Assembly (NCBI GenBank): GCA_030390025.1
Contig: CM059431.1
Span: 107,820,001-107,884,000, forward strand
Direction: 5' to 3'
Length of the DNA: 64,000 bases
DNA from: Squalus acanthias
Taxonomy: Eukaryota
The notes under the pieces were generated by a model. The model did not search any database and had not been told where the DNA came from. It worked only from the letters and a program-made list of their open reading frames with translations. The translations under genes were made by a program, and so were the position numbers. Shown piece after piece: positions 1 to 11,628 of the stretch; the first letter of the stretch is position 1, and each line of letters begins with the position of its first letter.

Positions 1-637
1 CAACCTGGGTTCGTAGCCACCTGAAGTCAGGCTGCAGCTGGTTAGCATGGTGCGATGGAGAGTGAGAACAGACAGCACATCTGTGCTTTCACAGCGTTTA
101 TGGCAGAGCAGCAGTTAGGTTTATTCTCTGGATGGTAAAATGACTAATTAGTCAGCCCAAATCAATCCCTTCCAATAAGGCAATGCACAGTTTCACAGAG
201 CAGCACAATTGTCCACCGTGTACGGTATCTAGTTCAAAAATAGGCTCCAAATCCCAGAAACACCTGTTACAAAGTGCAGTGCTGTGCAGATGGTAAAGTC
301 TTCTGTGATCATGGAAAAGGCAGTTTTGAAGATGCTGATAAAGTTGAAGTGACTCAACTTTTCTTTTTGAAGTTTAAAGTTATGGGGGCAAATTTTGTGA
401 GGTCGTTCACTGCTGCCAGGATTTCTCATGCAGACAGTGCATATTGGAATGTCATCGTACTAGCTGCCCTGATAGCAGTGTAGGGCCTTGTAAAATGTAC
501 CCTGTCATCCTCAGCTTTTGTCAAAATAATAGTCAATGTAGGAGCACTGCAATGTTAATCCTAGAGTTAGTTCAAAGACCATATAAACAATAAATATGCA
601 GGTCATTTTATAATACAACCTTTTCCAGTTATAATTC

Positions 638-1070
638 AACAACAACAACTTGCATTTATATAGCACCTTTAACGTAGTAAAACGTCCCAAGGCGCTTCAC
701 TGGAGCGTTATCAGACAAAATTTGACACCGGGATACATAAGGAGATATTAGTACAGGTGACCAAAAAGCTCGGTCAAAGAGGTAGGCTTTAAGGAGCGTC
801 TTAAAGGAGGAGAGTGGTAGAGAGGCGGAGAGATTTAGAGAGGGAATTCCAGAGCTTAGGGCCTAGGCAACTGAAGGCACGGCCTCCAATGGTGGAGCGA
901 TTAAATTCGTGGATGCTCAGGAGGCCAGAATTGGAGGAGCGCAGAGATCACGGGGGGTTGTGGGGCTGGAGGAGATTACAGAGATAGGGAGGGACGACGC
1001 CATGGAGGGATTTGAAAACAAGGATGAGAATTTTAAAATCGAGGGGTTGTTTAAATCGGGAGCCAAAGTA
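638..1070 (-). mobile_element. L2 LINE 3' fragment
   Basis: Reverse complement ends in GTGAAGCGCCTTGGGACGTTTTACTACGTTAAAGGTGCTATATAAATGCAAG(TTG)n; the same tail occurs at 36680-36749 and 37195-37252. Confidence 0.8.
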
Positions 1071-1327
1071 GGTCATAAAGAAATGCAAGATCTCTTAATA
1101 AATCTGCTAACCATCAGCAGTTCATGCTGAAATAGTGCCAGTTTGAACTGGGGGTGGGGTGGAAGAGATGTGCTGTTAATAAATTGACACTTCATCTCAT
1201 TTGCTTTCTTTTGCTCTACATCTCACTCTCTTTTAAACATGATGTGGAGATGCCGGCGTTGGACTGGGGTGGACAAAAATGAGAAGTCGCACAACACCAG
1301 GTTATAGTCCAACAGATTTATTTAATT

Positions 1328-1365
1328 TTACAAGCTTTCGGAGCTATCGCTCCTTCGTCAGGTAA
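1328..1365 (-). ncRNA. Minimal hammerhead ribozyme of the PLE 3' end
   Basis: Minus strand UUAC CUGACGA A GGAGC-GAUA-GCUCC GAAA GCUU GUAA: CUGANGA and GAAA cores, 5-bp stem II, palindromic AAGCUU, 4-bp stem I. Confidence 0.88.
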
Positions 1366-1576
1366 GTTAGCAATGAGAGAATCTCCCAGAATTCACAATT
1401 TAAACCCAGACAAAATCTATTCACATTATTCGCTACAACAAAGAGCACAGCCAAGACAATGAGATGTGTCCCAGGGGGTCCAGCGTGTCAAACCACCTGC
1501 TGGCTGCATATCCTGTCAATTTGTGTTCTTGTGTTTTTAAAAAAAAACACCTGGGAAGACCGGCCATGATGTCAAG

Positions 1577-3985
1577 TCACGTTCTGTATCGTGACATGAA
1601 CCCGATATCGCGATTGAGGCCATCCTCATGAGTGCGGAACTTGGCTATCAGTTTCTGCTCTATGATTTTGCGCTGTCGTGTATCTCGAAGGCCGCCTTGG
1701 AGAACGCTTACCCGCAGATCCGAGGCTGAATGCCCCTGGCTGCTGAAGTGTTCCCCGACTGGGAGGCAACCCTCCTGCCTGGCGATTGTTGCGCGGTGTC
1801 CGTTCATACGTTGTCTCAGTGTCTGCATGGTCTCGCCGATGTACCATGCTCTGGAGCATCCTTTACTGTAACGTATCAGGTAGACAACGTTGGCCGAGTC
1901 ACATGAGTATGTACCGTGTACCTGGTGGGTAGTGTCCTCACGTGTAATGATGGTATCTGTGTCCATGATTTGGCATGTCTTGCAGAGGTTGCCGTGGCAG
2001 GGTTGTGTGGTGTCTTGGTTGCTGTTCTCCTGAAAGATGGGTAATCTGCTGCGAACGATGGTACTTTTGAGGTTAGGCGGCTGCTTGAAGGCGAGTAGTG
2101 GAGGCGTGGGGATGGCCTTAGCAAGGTGTTCGTCATCATCGATGACATGTTGAAGGCTGCGAAGAACATGGCGTAGTTTTTCCGCTCCGGGGAAGTACTG
2201 GACGACGTAGGGTACTCTGTTGGTTGTGTCCCGTGTTCGTCTTCTGAGGAGGTCTATGCGGTTTTTCGCTGTGGCCCGTCGGAACTGTCGATCGATGAGT
2301 CGAGCGTCATATCCCGTTCTTACGAGAGCGTCTTTCAGTGTCCGTAGGTGTCCATCGCGTTCCTCCTCGTCTGAGCAGATCCTGTGTATTCGCAGGGCTT
2401 GTCCATAGGGGATGGCTTCTTTAACGTGGTTAGGGTGGAAGCTGGAGAAGTGGAGCATCGTGAGGTTGTCCGTGGGCTTGCGGTAGAGTGAAGTGCTGAG
2501 GCGTCCGTCTTTGATGGAGATTCGTGTGTCCAAGAATGAAACCGATTCTGAGGAGTAGTCCATGGTGAGTTTGATGGTGGGATGGAACCTGTTGATGCTA
2601 TCGTGTAGTCCTTTCAGTGATCCTTCGCCGTGGGTCCAAAGGAAGAAGATGTCGTCGATGTATCTGGTGTACAGCGTTGGTTGGAGGTCCTGTGCAGCGA
2701 AGAAGTCTTGCTCGAACTTGTGCATGAAGATGTTGGCGTATTGGGGTGCGAATTTGGTCCCCATGGCTGTTCCGTGTGTTTGGGTGAAAAAATGGTTGTC
2801 GAAGGTGAAGACATTGTGGTCAAGGATGAAGCGGATGAGTTGTAAGATGGCGTCCGGAGATTGGCTGTTGTTGGTGTTGAGTACTGAGGCTGTCGCAGCG
2901 ATGCCGTCATTGTGGGGGATATTGGTGTAGAGTGCCGATACGTCCATTGTGACGAGGAGTGTTCCTGGTTCAACTGGTCCATGGGTGCTGAGTTTCTGCA
3001 AGAAGTCTGTAGTGTCGCGACAGAAGCTGGGGGTTCCCTGTACGATGGGTTTCAGGATGCCCTCGACGTACCCAGAGAGGTTCTCACACAGGGTTCCGTT
3101 GCCTGATACGATAGGACGTCCGGGTGTGTTGGCTTTGTGTATCTTTGGGAGGCAGTAAAAGTCTCCTACGCGGGGAGTACGTGGGATGAGAGCGCGTAGG
3201 ATGTTTTGAAGGTCTGGATCGAAGGTCTTGATCAGTCTATTGAGTTGGCGGGTGTGTTCTTTGGTCGGATCTGCGGGTAGCTGTCTGTAGTGTTCCTGGT
3301 TGTCCAGTTGTCGGTATGCTTCTTTGCAATAGTCCGTTCTGTTCTGTATGACGATGGCTCCTCCTTTGTCCGCTGGTTTGATGACGATGTTGCGGTTGGT
3401 CTTGAGTGCGTGGATGGCGTTGCGTTGTGCTCGGGTGACATTCTGGACTGTCTTGTGAGTACGGCTGATGAATCTGGCGTTGATGCATTTCCTGACAGCT
3501 TGAGCATACATGTCAAGCTTAGGGTTGCGACCCTCCGGAGGGGTCCAATTAGACTCTTTCTTCCTCGGTTGCAGCACTGCGGTTCCCTCTGTCTGCTGTT
3601 CCGGATCATTGATTGTCCCATTAGGAATGTTGCTGACATCTTGGGATTTGTGGTAGTATTCCCGGATCCTCATTCTCCTGATGAATTCCTCTGTGTCCGC
3701 CGCGAGACCGATGGGGTCCATTTTGGTGGTGGGGCAGAACTTGAGCCCTAGGGCGAGAACTTCGATTTCGTCTGGTTGAAGGGTGTGGTCCGACAGGTTG
3801 ACGATGGACTTCCCTGTGGTTGCAACCGTGGTACCGGGGGAGGCTTGGTTGTAGCTGGTGGTTACGCCGAGTTTCTCAAGCTTCCTGTTCTTGATGCGCA
3901 TGTAGGTAGCGTAGTTCCGTTGCCTCGTCTGTTTGGCGGTGTCTCGTAGCTGGTCTGCTGTGTCCTGAGCACAGGCTGAGAGCAT
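1577..3985 (-). CDS. Penelope-like reverse transcriptase + GIY-YIG endonuclease (802 aa, open frame)
   Basis: Motifs IKPADKG, LPKIHK..PGRPIVS, MDVSALYTNI, GTAMG, RYIDD, FLD, LYRKPT; Cys/His cluster CHGNLCKTC..H..C; VVYLI..WYIGET..R..H and C-terminal GLN of GIY-YIG. The true start may lie beyond the truncation. Confidence 0.93.
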   Translation of the reverse strand: MLSACAQDTADQLRDTAKQTRQRNYATYMRIKNRKLEKLGVTTSYNQASPGTTVATTGKSIVNLSDHTLQPDEIEVLALGLKFCPTTKMDPIGLAADTEEFIRRMRIREYYHKSQDVSNIPNGTINDPEQQTEGTAVLQPRKKESNWTPPEGRNPKLDMYAQAVRKCINARFISRTHKTVQNVTRAQRNAIHALKTNRNIVIKPADKGGAIVIQNRTDYCKEAYRQLDNQEHYRQLPADPTKEHTRQLNRLIKTFDPDLQNILRALIPRTPRVGDFYCLPKIHKANTPGRPIVSGNGTLCENLSGYVEGILKPIVQGTPSFCRDTTDFLQKLSTHGPVEPGTLLVTMDVSALYTNIPHNDGIAATASVLNTNNSQSPDAILQLIRFILDHNVFTFDNHFFTQTHGTAMGTKFAPQYANIFMHKFEQDFFAAQDLQPTLYTRYIDDIFFLWTHGEGSLKGLHDSINRFHPTIKLTMDYSSESVSFLDTRISIKDGRLSTSLYRKPTDNLTMLHFSSFHPNHVKEAIPYGQALRIHRICSDEEERDGHLRTLKDALVRTGYDARLIDRQFRRATAKNRIDLLRRRTRDTTNRVPYVVQYFPGAEKLRHVLRSLQHVIDDDEHLAKAIPTPPLLAFKQPPNLKSTIVRSRLPIFQENSNQDTTQPCHGNLCKTCQIMDTDTIITREDTTHQVHGTYSCDSANVVYLIRYSKGCSRAWYIGETMQTLRQRMNGHRATIARQEGCLPVGEHFSSQGHSASDLRVSVLQGGLRDTRQRKIIEQKLIAKFRTHEDGLNRDIGFMSRYRT

Positions 3986-4129
3986 GGACTCTACCTTTGC
4001 TTAACAAGATTAGGATTTTAACAAGCATTTCCTCATGACAAGGTGAGATTTTGTCAGTCAACAAAAAAATCCAAGTGAGATAGAGAGTGCAACTGTGAGG
4101 CGGGTGGTTTTTGCATATCACAGAGAAGT

Positions 4130-5215
4130 ACATAGACTATACAGCACAGAAACAGGCCATTCAGCCCAACCCGTCCATGCTGGCATTTATGCTCCACTCG
4201 AGCCTCTTCCTACCCTTCTTCATCTAACCCCATCAACATATCCTTCTATTCCTTTCTCCTTCACATGTTTATCTAGCTTCCCCTTAAATGCATCTATGCT
4301 ATTCATAGAAACATAGAAAAATAGGAGGAGTAGGCTATTCGGCCCTTCAAGCCTGCTCCGCCATTCAATATAATCATGGCTGATCCTCTGTCTCAATACC
4401 ATATTCCCACTCTCTCCCCATACCCCTTGATACCCCTTGGATCTAGAAATCTATCTGTCCCCTTCTTAAATATATTCAGTGACTTGGCCTCCACAGCCTT
4501 CTGTGGTTGAGAATTCCACAGGTTCACCACCCTCTGAGTGAAGAAATTTCTCCTCATCTCAGTCCTAAATGTCCTACCCAGTATCCTGAGACTGTGACCC
4601 CTCGTTTTAGACACCCTCAGCCAGGGGAAACATCCTCCCTGCATCCAGTCTGTCTAGCCCTGTCAGAATTTTATACGTTTCAATGAGATCCCCTCTCATT
4701 CTTCTAAACGCTAGTGAATACAGGCCTAGTCGACCCAATCTCTCCTCATACGACAGTCCTGCCATCCCAGGAATCAGTCTGGTGAACCTTCGCTGCACTC
4801 CCTCTATGGCAAGTATATCCCTTCTTAGGTAAGGAGACCAAAACTGCACACAGTACTCCAGGTGTGGTCTCACCAAGGCCCTGTATAACTGTAGTGAATA
4901 TTCGCCTCAACTACTTCTTGTGGTTCCACATTCGAACCACTATCTGGGTAAAGAAGTTTCTCCTGAATTTGCTATTGGATTACTGACTATCTTATAGTCA
5001 TGGCCCCTAGTTCTGGTCTCCCCCGCAAGTGGAAACATCTTCTCTACGTCTACCCTATCAAACCCTTTCAGAATCTTAAAGACCTCTATCAGATCATCCC
5101 GCAGCCTTCTCTTTTCTAGAGAAAAGAGCTCCAGCCTGTTCGATCTTTCCTCATGGGTATAATCTCTCAGTTCTGGTATCATTCTAGTACATCCTTTTTT
5201 GCAACTTCCCCAGTG
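4130..5215 (-). mobile_element. Two nested CR1 LINE 3' fragments (4305-4897 inside 4130-5215)
   Basis: RT C-terminal peptides VRPHLEYCVQFWSP and RRLRDDLIEVFKI; (CATAGAAA)n tail; TATTC on both sides of the inner copy. Confidence 0.88.
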
Positions 5216-5626
5216 CCTCGTGTGGCAGCATGTGATATATTTCTGTAACGAAACAAGGCTTCTCTATTCAGCCCATGGGACTCACGAGACTTACCTGGAT
5301 ATCGGGCAGATAATGTACCCACACTGGTTCATAGAAGGCACACTGGGGCTGATGACTTCAATGGAAATAATAATCGGGAGAGTTGTAAAGCGGGCTGCCG
5401 ATTTGCTATCACCTGTTTTGCACTATCGCACAAAGTCAAGACCTACCCCCATGTCTCATCACAGAAGTGGTCATTGAGGCTGTACTCAAGCAGAATATCT
5501 GGCATAAAACCCCAAAGTGTAACATGCAGTTCTACTGGCACTTTTGCATCACTGCACAGCAGCGTTAAACTAGCTTCAAAACGTGCACATTGGGCCTCTT
5601 TGACACTTGATAAAAAAAAGAAAAGA

Positions 5627-6041
5627 AAGACTTGCATTTCTATAGTGCCTTTCATGACTACTGGACATCCCAAGTATTTTTGGAGTGTAGTCACTGTTGT
5701 AATGTGGGAAATACGGCAGCCAATTTGCACACAGCAAGTCCCCACAAGCAGTAATGTGATAATGTAAAAAACAGATCTGTTTTTGTTATGTTGATTGAGG
5801 GATAAATATTGGCCAGGATACCAGGGATAACTCCCCTGCTCTTCTTCAAAATAGTACCATGGGATCTTTTACATCCACCTGAGAGAGCAGACGGGGCCTC
5901 GGTTTAACATCTACATCCGAAAGATGGATCCGCACTGGAGTGTCAGCCTAGATTTTTGTGCCCAAGTCTCTAGAGTGGGACTTGAACCCGCAACCTTCTA
6001 ACTCAGGAGACGAGAGTGCTACCCACTGAGCCACAGCTGAC
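5627..6041 (-). mobile_element. tRNA-derived Deu-domain SINE (SacSINE1/AmnSINE-like)
   Basis: Minus strand has A box TGGCTCAGTGGGTAG, B box GGTTCAAGTCC, central GGATGTAAAAGATCCCATGG..GAAGAAGAGCAGGGGAG..CCTGGCCAATATTTATCCCTCAA and an L2-like tail. Confidence 0.82.
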
Positions 6042-6532
6042 ACTAAACTGAAGCAAATAAACTGAAGCAGAGTTTTAAACAAAATGTTTTGAGTGAGACG
6101 ATCCTGCCTACAAGCTACAAATGCTCATCATTTGCCTGGGAGCAGAGCTCTGAGCATGCCTAGGAACACTCATGTGCAGAGCTCGCTCCTGGCCCTGAGT
6201 GCAATGCCAGCCACTCCGGCAACATAAGTCAGGGTGCGGCTGGCTGACAATTGCTTCTGTGGCTACCGATTTTAAACATGCAACACAGTAGAACTGCAGT
6301 CTTAAAGAGCACAGGTGATTATTGATGCTTGCACTAAATTTACAAATTGTGGGTGTGCATATGAACCAAGTATGAAATTCAAAATAATACGAGGTTTTCT
6401 GCATCCATTAAATACTGATGTAGATGAACACAAAGGCATATTTGTCATTTCCTTTGTCGACTCTGGACTAAGTGAAAGTAATTGAAGCTCAGCATATCAA
6501 CCCGATTGAAGTATTAACTGTGGTATTTCATC

Positions 6533-6832
6533 GCAAACCTGAAACCTCCACCACCTAGAAGGTCAAGGGCAGCAGGCTCATCGCCTGCCTCCAAGGGGAC
6601 ACCACCGCCTCCAAGTTGCCCTCCAAGTCACACTTCATCCTGACTTGGACATATATCGCCATTCCTTCATCGTCGCTGGGTCAAAATCCTGGGAGTCCCT
6701 ACTTAACCGCACCGTTCACCACACCACACGGACTGCAGCGGCTCAAGAAGGCGGCTCACCACCACCTTCTCAAGGGCAATTAGGGATGGGCAATAAATGC
6801 TGGCCTTGTTACTGATGCCCATATCCCAAGAT
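6533..6832 (+). mobile_element. 3' fragment of a CR1/Crack-group LINE
   Basis: Clear similarity to 23720-24015; ends CAAGGGCAATTAGGGATGGGCAATAAATGC. Clade assignment is tentative. Confidence 0.65.
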
Positions 6833-7359
6833 GTGTAAATCGTTTAATCATTATTTCATTCCACATGTAACATATAAGAAATGCTAATGTGGCTATGCTT
6901 TCATAAAGTAAATAAGACACAAGCTTTTACAAATTTTATGCTTACAAGGACTGATTTTACAACTGGGATGAATGCTTATTGGGACATCACAGGTTGTGCT
7001 CTGCTTAATCTTTTGGCCTTTTAACAGACAGAAATTCACGTGGAACGCACCTGCAATTTCCCGCTACGTGGTCCCGGCGAGCAATGCTCTCAATGGAGCT
7101 GAGTGTTGGCCGGGGAGTATAACGGGCGACTGATGTGATACCGGCCAAGGCGAGCTTCTACCCCTGTGTTTTTCCCCTTTCCAAGTGGAGTTTTTCTACT
7201 TGTGTTGTTCAAACATATCGCATAAAACCTGTCTGCAGATTTAACATTTTTGGCCCAATGACATTAGACCAAAAAAAGACGTCCAATCACAATGCAATAA
7301 AGAAAGCAATCTTCCGAGACACAACAGCCCCTCACCCACTCCACTGCAACCTGCCGAAG

Positions 7360-7960
7360 CATAGAATATAAGAGCAGGGAGGTTATGCTTGAACTGTATA
7401 AAACACTAGTTAGGCCGCAGCTAGAATACCGCATATAGTTCTGGTCATCACATTACAGGAAGGATGTGATTGCACTAGAGAGGGTGCAGAGGAGATTTAC
7501 GAGGATGTTCCCTGGGCTGGGGAATTTTAGCTATGAGGAAAGTTTGGATAGGCTGGGGTTGTTTTCTTTGGAACAGAGGAGGCTGAGAGGAGACCTAATT
7601 GAGGTGCATAAAATTATGAGGGGCCGAGATAGAGTGGATAGGAAGGACCTATTTCCCTCAGCAGAGGGGTCAATAACCAGGGGGCATAGATTTAAAGTAA
7701 TTGGTTGGAGGTTTAGAGGGGACTTGAAGGGAAATTTTTTCACCCAGAGGGTGGTGGGGGCCTGGAACTCACTGCCTGAAAGGGTGGTAGAGGCAGAGAC
7801 CCTCATGACATTTAAAAAGTACTTGGATATTCACTTGAGGTGCCATAACCTACAAGGCTACGGACCAAGTGGGATTAGGCTGGATAGCTCTTTGTCAGCC
7901 GGCACAGACAAGATAGGCCAAATGGCCTACTTCTGTGCTGTAGATTTCTATGATTCTATG
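7360..7960 (+). mobile_element. CR1 LINE 3' fragment
   Basis: LERVQRRFTRM..RRLRGDLIEVHKI..FFTQRVVGAWNSLP; (TTCTATGA)n tail. Confidence 0.9.
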
Positions 7961-8454
7961 AACAGCCCCTCTCCCACTCCACTGTATACCCTGAAAAATA
8001 ACAGTTCTGCTCTCTTTAAAGCATAAACGAGGTAATAATGCCCCTAATACAGGTTCACTGCACTTTGTACATTGGAAATAGGAAGATAAGCATTTTAATT
8101 CCAAGCCTCCAAAGTATCAAGACTGCCATCTGCTGGCCTCCACTCCTTGAACTCCTGTTCGCCTTCAATGTGACCACCAGTCGTCAGCTCCACACAGGGA
8201 GAGATTTTATATGGAAGGCAAGTCAGGTGGGCTCCGTTACAGTCTCTAGCTCACAACTGGATTTTCAAACCAATTCAATATCAAAACTATCAAGTAAGTC
8301 CCATGCCAAATTTCTCCACCATCAGGACCCCGGCCTCCCTCTACACTGTGCTCACCAGACTCTCACTGCTTTTCTCCAACTCGAGTATGAGGGATCATCT
8401 CTGCTCACACTTGTAGCCCATTGGCTCATTAGTGTAGTTTGAAAGCAGCTGGAA

Positions 8455-8498
8455 TTAAAACTTGCAGCATGCAGTGTGAAAATTCAACATGATATCCC
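8455..8498 (-). CDS. Candidate terminal coding exon of an unidentified host gene (..WDIMLNFHTACCKF*)
   Basis: Pyrimidine-rich acceptor TTTCTTTCTCTGCGCCTGTGCTGCTTTAG; phase-compatible with the exon at 20555-20611; followed by non-repeat sequence with ATTAAA near 8095. No homology evidence. Confidence 0.3.
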
Positions 8499-8551
8499 CT
8501 AAAGCAGCACAGGCGCAGAGAAAGAAACTTGATTCCGCACAAAAATGAAAA

Positions 8552-8782
8552 GGCAGGGAACGTGCAGGGGTCAGGGAGTGTGCAGGGAGAGCGTGGGGAA
8601 GGGGGAGTGTGCTGGGGGAGCGTGCAGGGGTCAGGGAGTGTGCAGGGAGAGCGTGGGGGGAGCGTGCGGGGGGGGGAGCGCGTGGGGGGGGAAGCACGCG
8701 GGGGGGAGCGCACGCGGGGGGAGCGCGCGGGAAGCGTGTGCAGGGAGAGCGTGTGCGGGGGGAGCGTGTGCAGGGGGTGGGG
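8552..8782 (+). repeat. G-rich degenerate tandem repeat (GAGCGTGTGCAGGG-like units)
   Basis: Repeated GGGAGCGTG/TGCAGGG units with G runs, including a 60-bp duplication (8561 vs 8621). Confidence 0.85.
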
Positions 8783-8786
8783 AGTC

Positions 8787-11337
8787 AGCAGGAGTAGGCC
8801 ATACGGCACCTCGAGCCTGCTGCACCATTCAATAAGATCATGGCTGATCTTCAACCGCAAATCCACTTTCTTGCCCGATCCCCATTACCCTTGATTCCCC
8901 TCGAGTCCAAAATGTATCTATCTCAGCCTTGAATATACTCAACGACTCAGCATTCACAGCCATTTCGGGTAGAGAATTCCAAAGATTTACAACCCTCTCA
9001 GTGAAGAAATTCTTCCTCATCTCAGTCTTAAATGGCCGGCCCCTTATCCTGACACTATGCCCCTAGTTCTAGACTCCCCAGCCAGGGGAAACAACCTCTC
9101 AGCATCTACCCTGTCAATCCCCCTCAGAATCTTATATGTTTCAATGAGATCACCTCTCATTCTTCTAAACTCCAGAGAGTATAAGCCCAATCTGATCAAT
9201 CTCTCATCATAGGACAACCCGGTCATCCCAGGGATCAATCTAGTGAACCTTTGTTGCACTGCCTCTAAGACAAGTATGTCCTTCCTCAGATAATGAGACC
9301 AAAACTGTACACAGTACTCCAGGTGTGGTCTCACCAAAGCCCTGTACAATTCTAGTAAGACTTCCTTACTCTTGTACTCCAACCCCCTTGCAATAATTTG
9401 GCGTTCGACAAAGTGCCACCTAATAGGCTTTCCAGAAAAATTGAAGCCCATGGAATAAAAGGGACAGTGGCAGCATGGATACAAAATTGGCTAAGTGACA
9501 GGAAACAGAGATTAGTGGTGAACAGTTGTTTTTCAGACTGGAGGAAGGTATACAGTGGTGTTCCCCAGGGGTCGCTTCTAGGACCACTGCTTTACCTGAT
9601 ATATATTAATGACTTTGATGTGGGTGTACAGAGTACAATTTCAAAATTTGTAGATGGCACAAAACTTGGAAGCATAGTGAACAGTGAGGAGGATAGTGAT
9701 AGACTTCAAGAGGACATGGACAGGCTGGTGGAATGGGCGGACACGTGGCAGATGAAATTTAACGCAGAAAAGTGCAAAGTGATACATTTTGGTAGAAAGA
9801 ATGAAGAGAGGAAATATAAACTAAATGGTACACTCCTAAAGGGGGTGCATGAACAGAGAGACCTAGGCGACATGAGGAAAAACTTTTTTACTCAGCGAGT
9901 GGTTAGGATCTGGAATGCACTGCCTGAAAGGGTGGTGGAGGCAGATTCAATCACGGCTTTCAAAAGGGAGTTGGATAAGTACCTGGAGGAAAAAAATCCG
10001 CAGGGCTACGGGGAAAGGGCGGGGGAGTGGAACTAGCTGAAGTGCAGAGAGCTGGCACAGGCTCGACGGGCCGAATGGCCTTCTTCCGTGCTGTAACCAT
10101 TCTATGATTCTATGAAGGCCAACATGCCATTTGCCTTCCTAATTGCTTGCTGCACCTGTATGCTAACTTTCTGTGTTTCCTGTACGAGGACACCTAAATC
10201 TCTCTGAACACCAACATTTAAAAGTTTCTCACTATTTAAAAAATATTCTGTTTTTCTATTCTTCCTACCAAAGTGAATAACCTCACATTTCCCCACATTA
10301 TACTCCATCTTCCACCTTATTGCCGACTCACTTAACCTGTCTATATCCCTTTGCAGGCTCTTTGTGTCCTCCTCACAGTTTACATTCCCACCTAGCTTTG
10401 TATCATCAACAAACATGGATACATTGCACTTGGTCCCTTCATCTAAGTCATTAATATAGAATGTAAATAGCTGAGGCCGAAGCACTGATCCTTACGGCAC
10501 CCCACTCATTACAGCCTGCCAATCGGAAAATGACCCGTTTATCCCTACTCTCTGTTTTCGGTCCATTAACCAATCCTCTATTCATGCTAATATATTACCC
10601 CCTAAGTCCTTATCTTGCTTAGCAACCTTTTGCGTGGCAACTTATCGAATGCCTTTTGGAAATCCAAATATACTACATCAACTGGTTCCCCTTTATCTAC
10701 CCTGCTAGTTACATCCTCAAAAACTCTAATAAATTTGTTAAACACGTTTTCCCTTTCGTAAAACCATGTTGACTCTGCCTAATCATATTATGATTTTCTA
10801 AATGCCGTCTTACCACTTCCTTAATAATGTATTCCAGCATTTTCCCAACGACTGATGTCAGGCTAGCTGGCCTGTAGTTCCCTGTTTTCTCTCTCCCTCC
10901 TTTCTTGAATAGCGGGATTACATTTGCTACCTTCCAATACACTGTAGAGAATTTTTGAAAGATCGCAATCAATGCATCCACTATCTCTGCAGCCACCTCT
11001 TTTAGAACCCTAGGATGTAGGCCATCAGGTCCAGAGGATTTGTCGGCTTTTAGTTGTATTAGTTTCTGAAGTAATTTTTCTCTACTGATATTAATTACTT
11101 TAAGTTCCTCACTCTTATTAGCCCCTTGGTTCCCCATTATTTTTGGTATGCTTTTTGTGTCTTTTAATGTGAAGACAGATACAAAATATTTTTTTTAATT
11201 TTCTGCCATTTCTTTATTCCCCATTATAATTTCACCTGTCTCAGCCTCTATGGGACTAATGTTCACTTTTGCTACTCTCTTCCCTCTTGCATATTTGTAG
11301 AAGGTTTTACAATCTGTTTTTATATATTTTGCTAATT
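8787..11337 (-). mobile_element. CR1 LINE ORF2 3' part, interrupted by an opposite-strand CR1
   Basis: KSSGPDGLHPRVLKE, GNYRPASLTS, FVDDTKL, RPHLEYCVQFW; sequence stops at CCCCTTGCAATA (9395) and resumes at AAGGCCAAC (10115). Confidence 0.9.
9398..10113 (+). mobile_element. Nested CR1 RT fragment with internal deletion
   Basis: AFDKVP..SGVPQGSLLGP..EQRDLG joined directly to MRKNFFTQRVV; (TTCTATGA)n tail. Confidence 0.9.
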
Positions 11338-11628
11338 TAATTTGGCAACCAATTTGCACACAATAAGGACCCACAGCTGACAGCTAGATGGAAAGTGCTA
11401 GAAAAGCAAGGAAGTGCTTCTGCAGTTACAGAGCGCAAGTCATACCTCATTTGGAGGTAGTCAGTTGTGGGCACCCCATCTTTGGAATGATATACTGACC
11501 TTGGAGAACACCCAGCAACAATTCCAGGACGATAACAGGACTGAAGCAATTGGGTAAACTTGGGTAATATTTCCTGGAGATAAGGGGTGATATGATTGAA
11601 GCGTTTCAAATAATTAAGGGAATAGACA

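Larger units (their letters stand above)
1240..4000 (-). mobile_element. Penelope-like retroelement (PLE), probably 5'-truncated
   Basis: RT + GIY-YIG ORF followed by a 3' region with a hammerhead motif and AATAAA; the 3' terminal segment recurs at about 63758-63848. Confidence 0.93.

Noticed and set aside
229..483. Short ORFs at the window start
   Set aside because: No recognisable domain or convincing splice-site pair.
5290..5460. Perfect donor CAG|GTAAGT on the minus strand
   Set aside because: It is adjacent to a short repeat similar to 36840-36930, so probably MITE-derived; no convincing exon.
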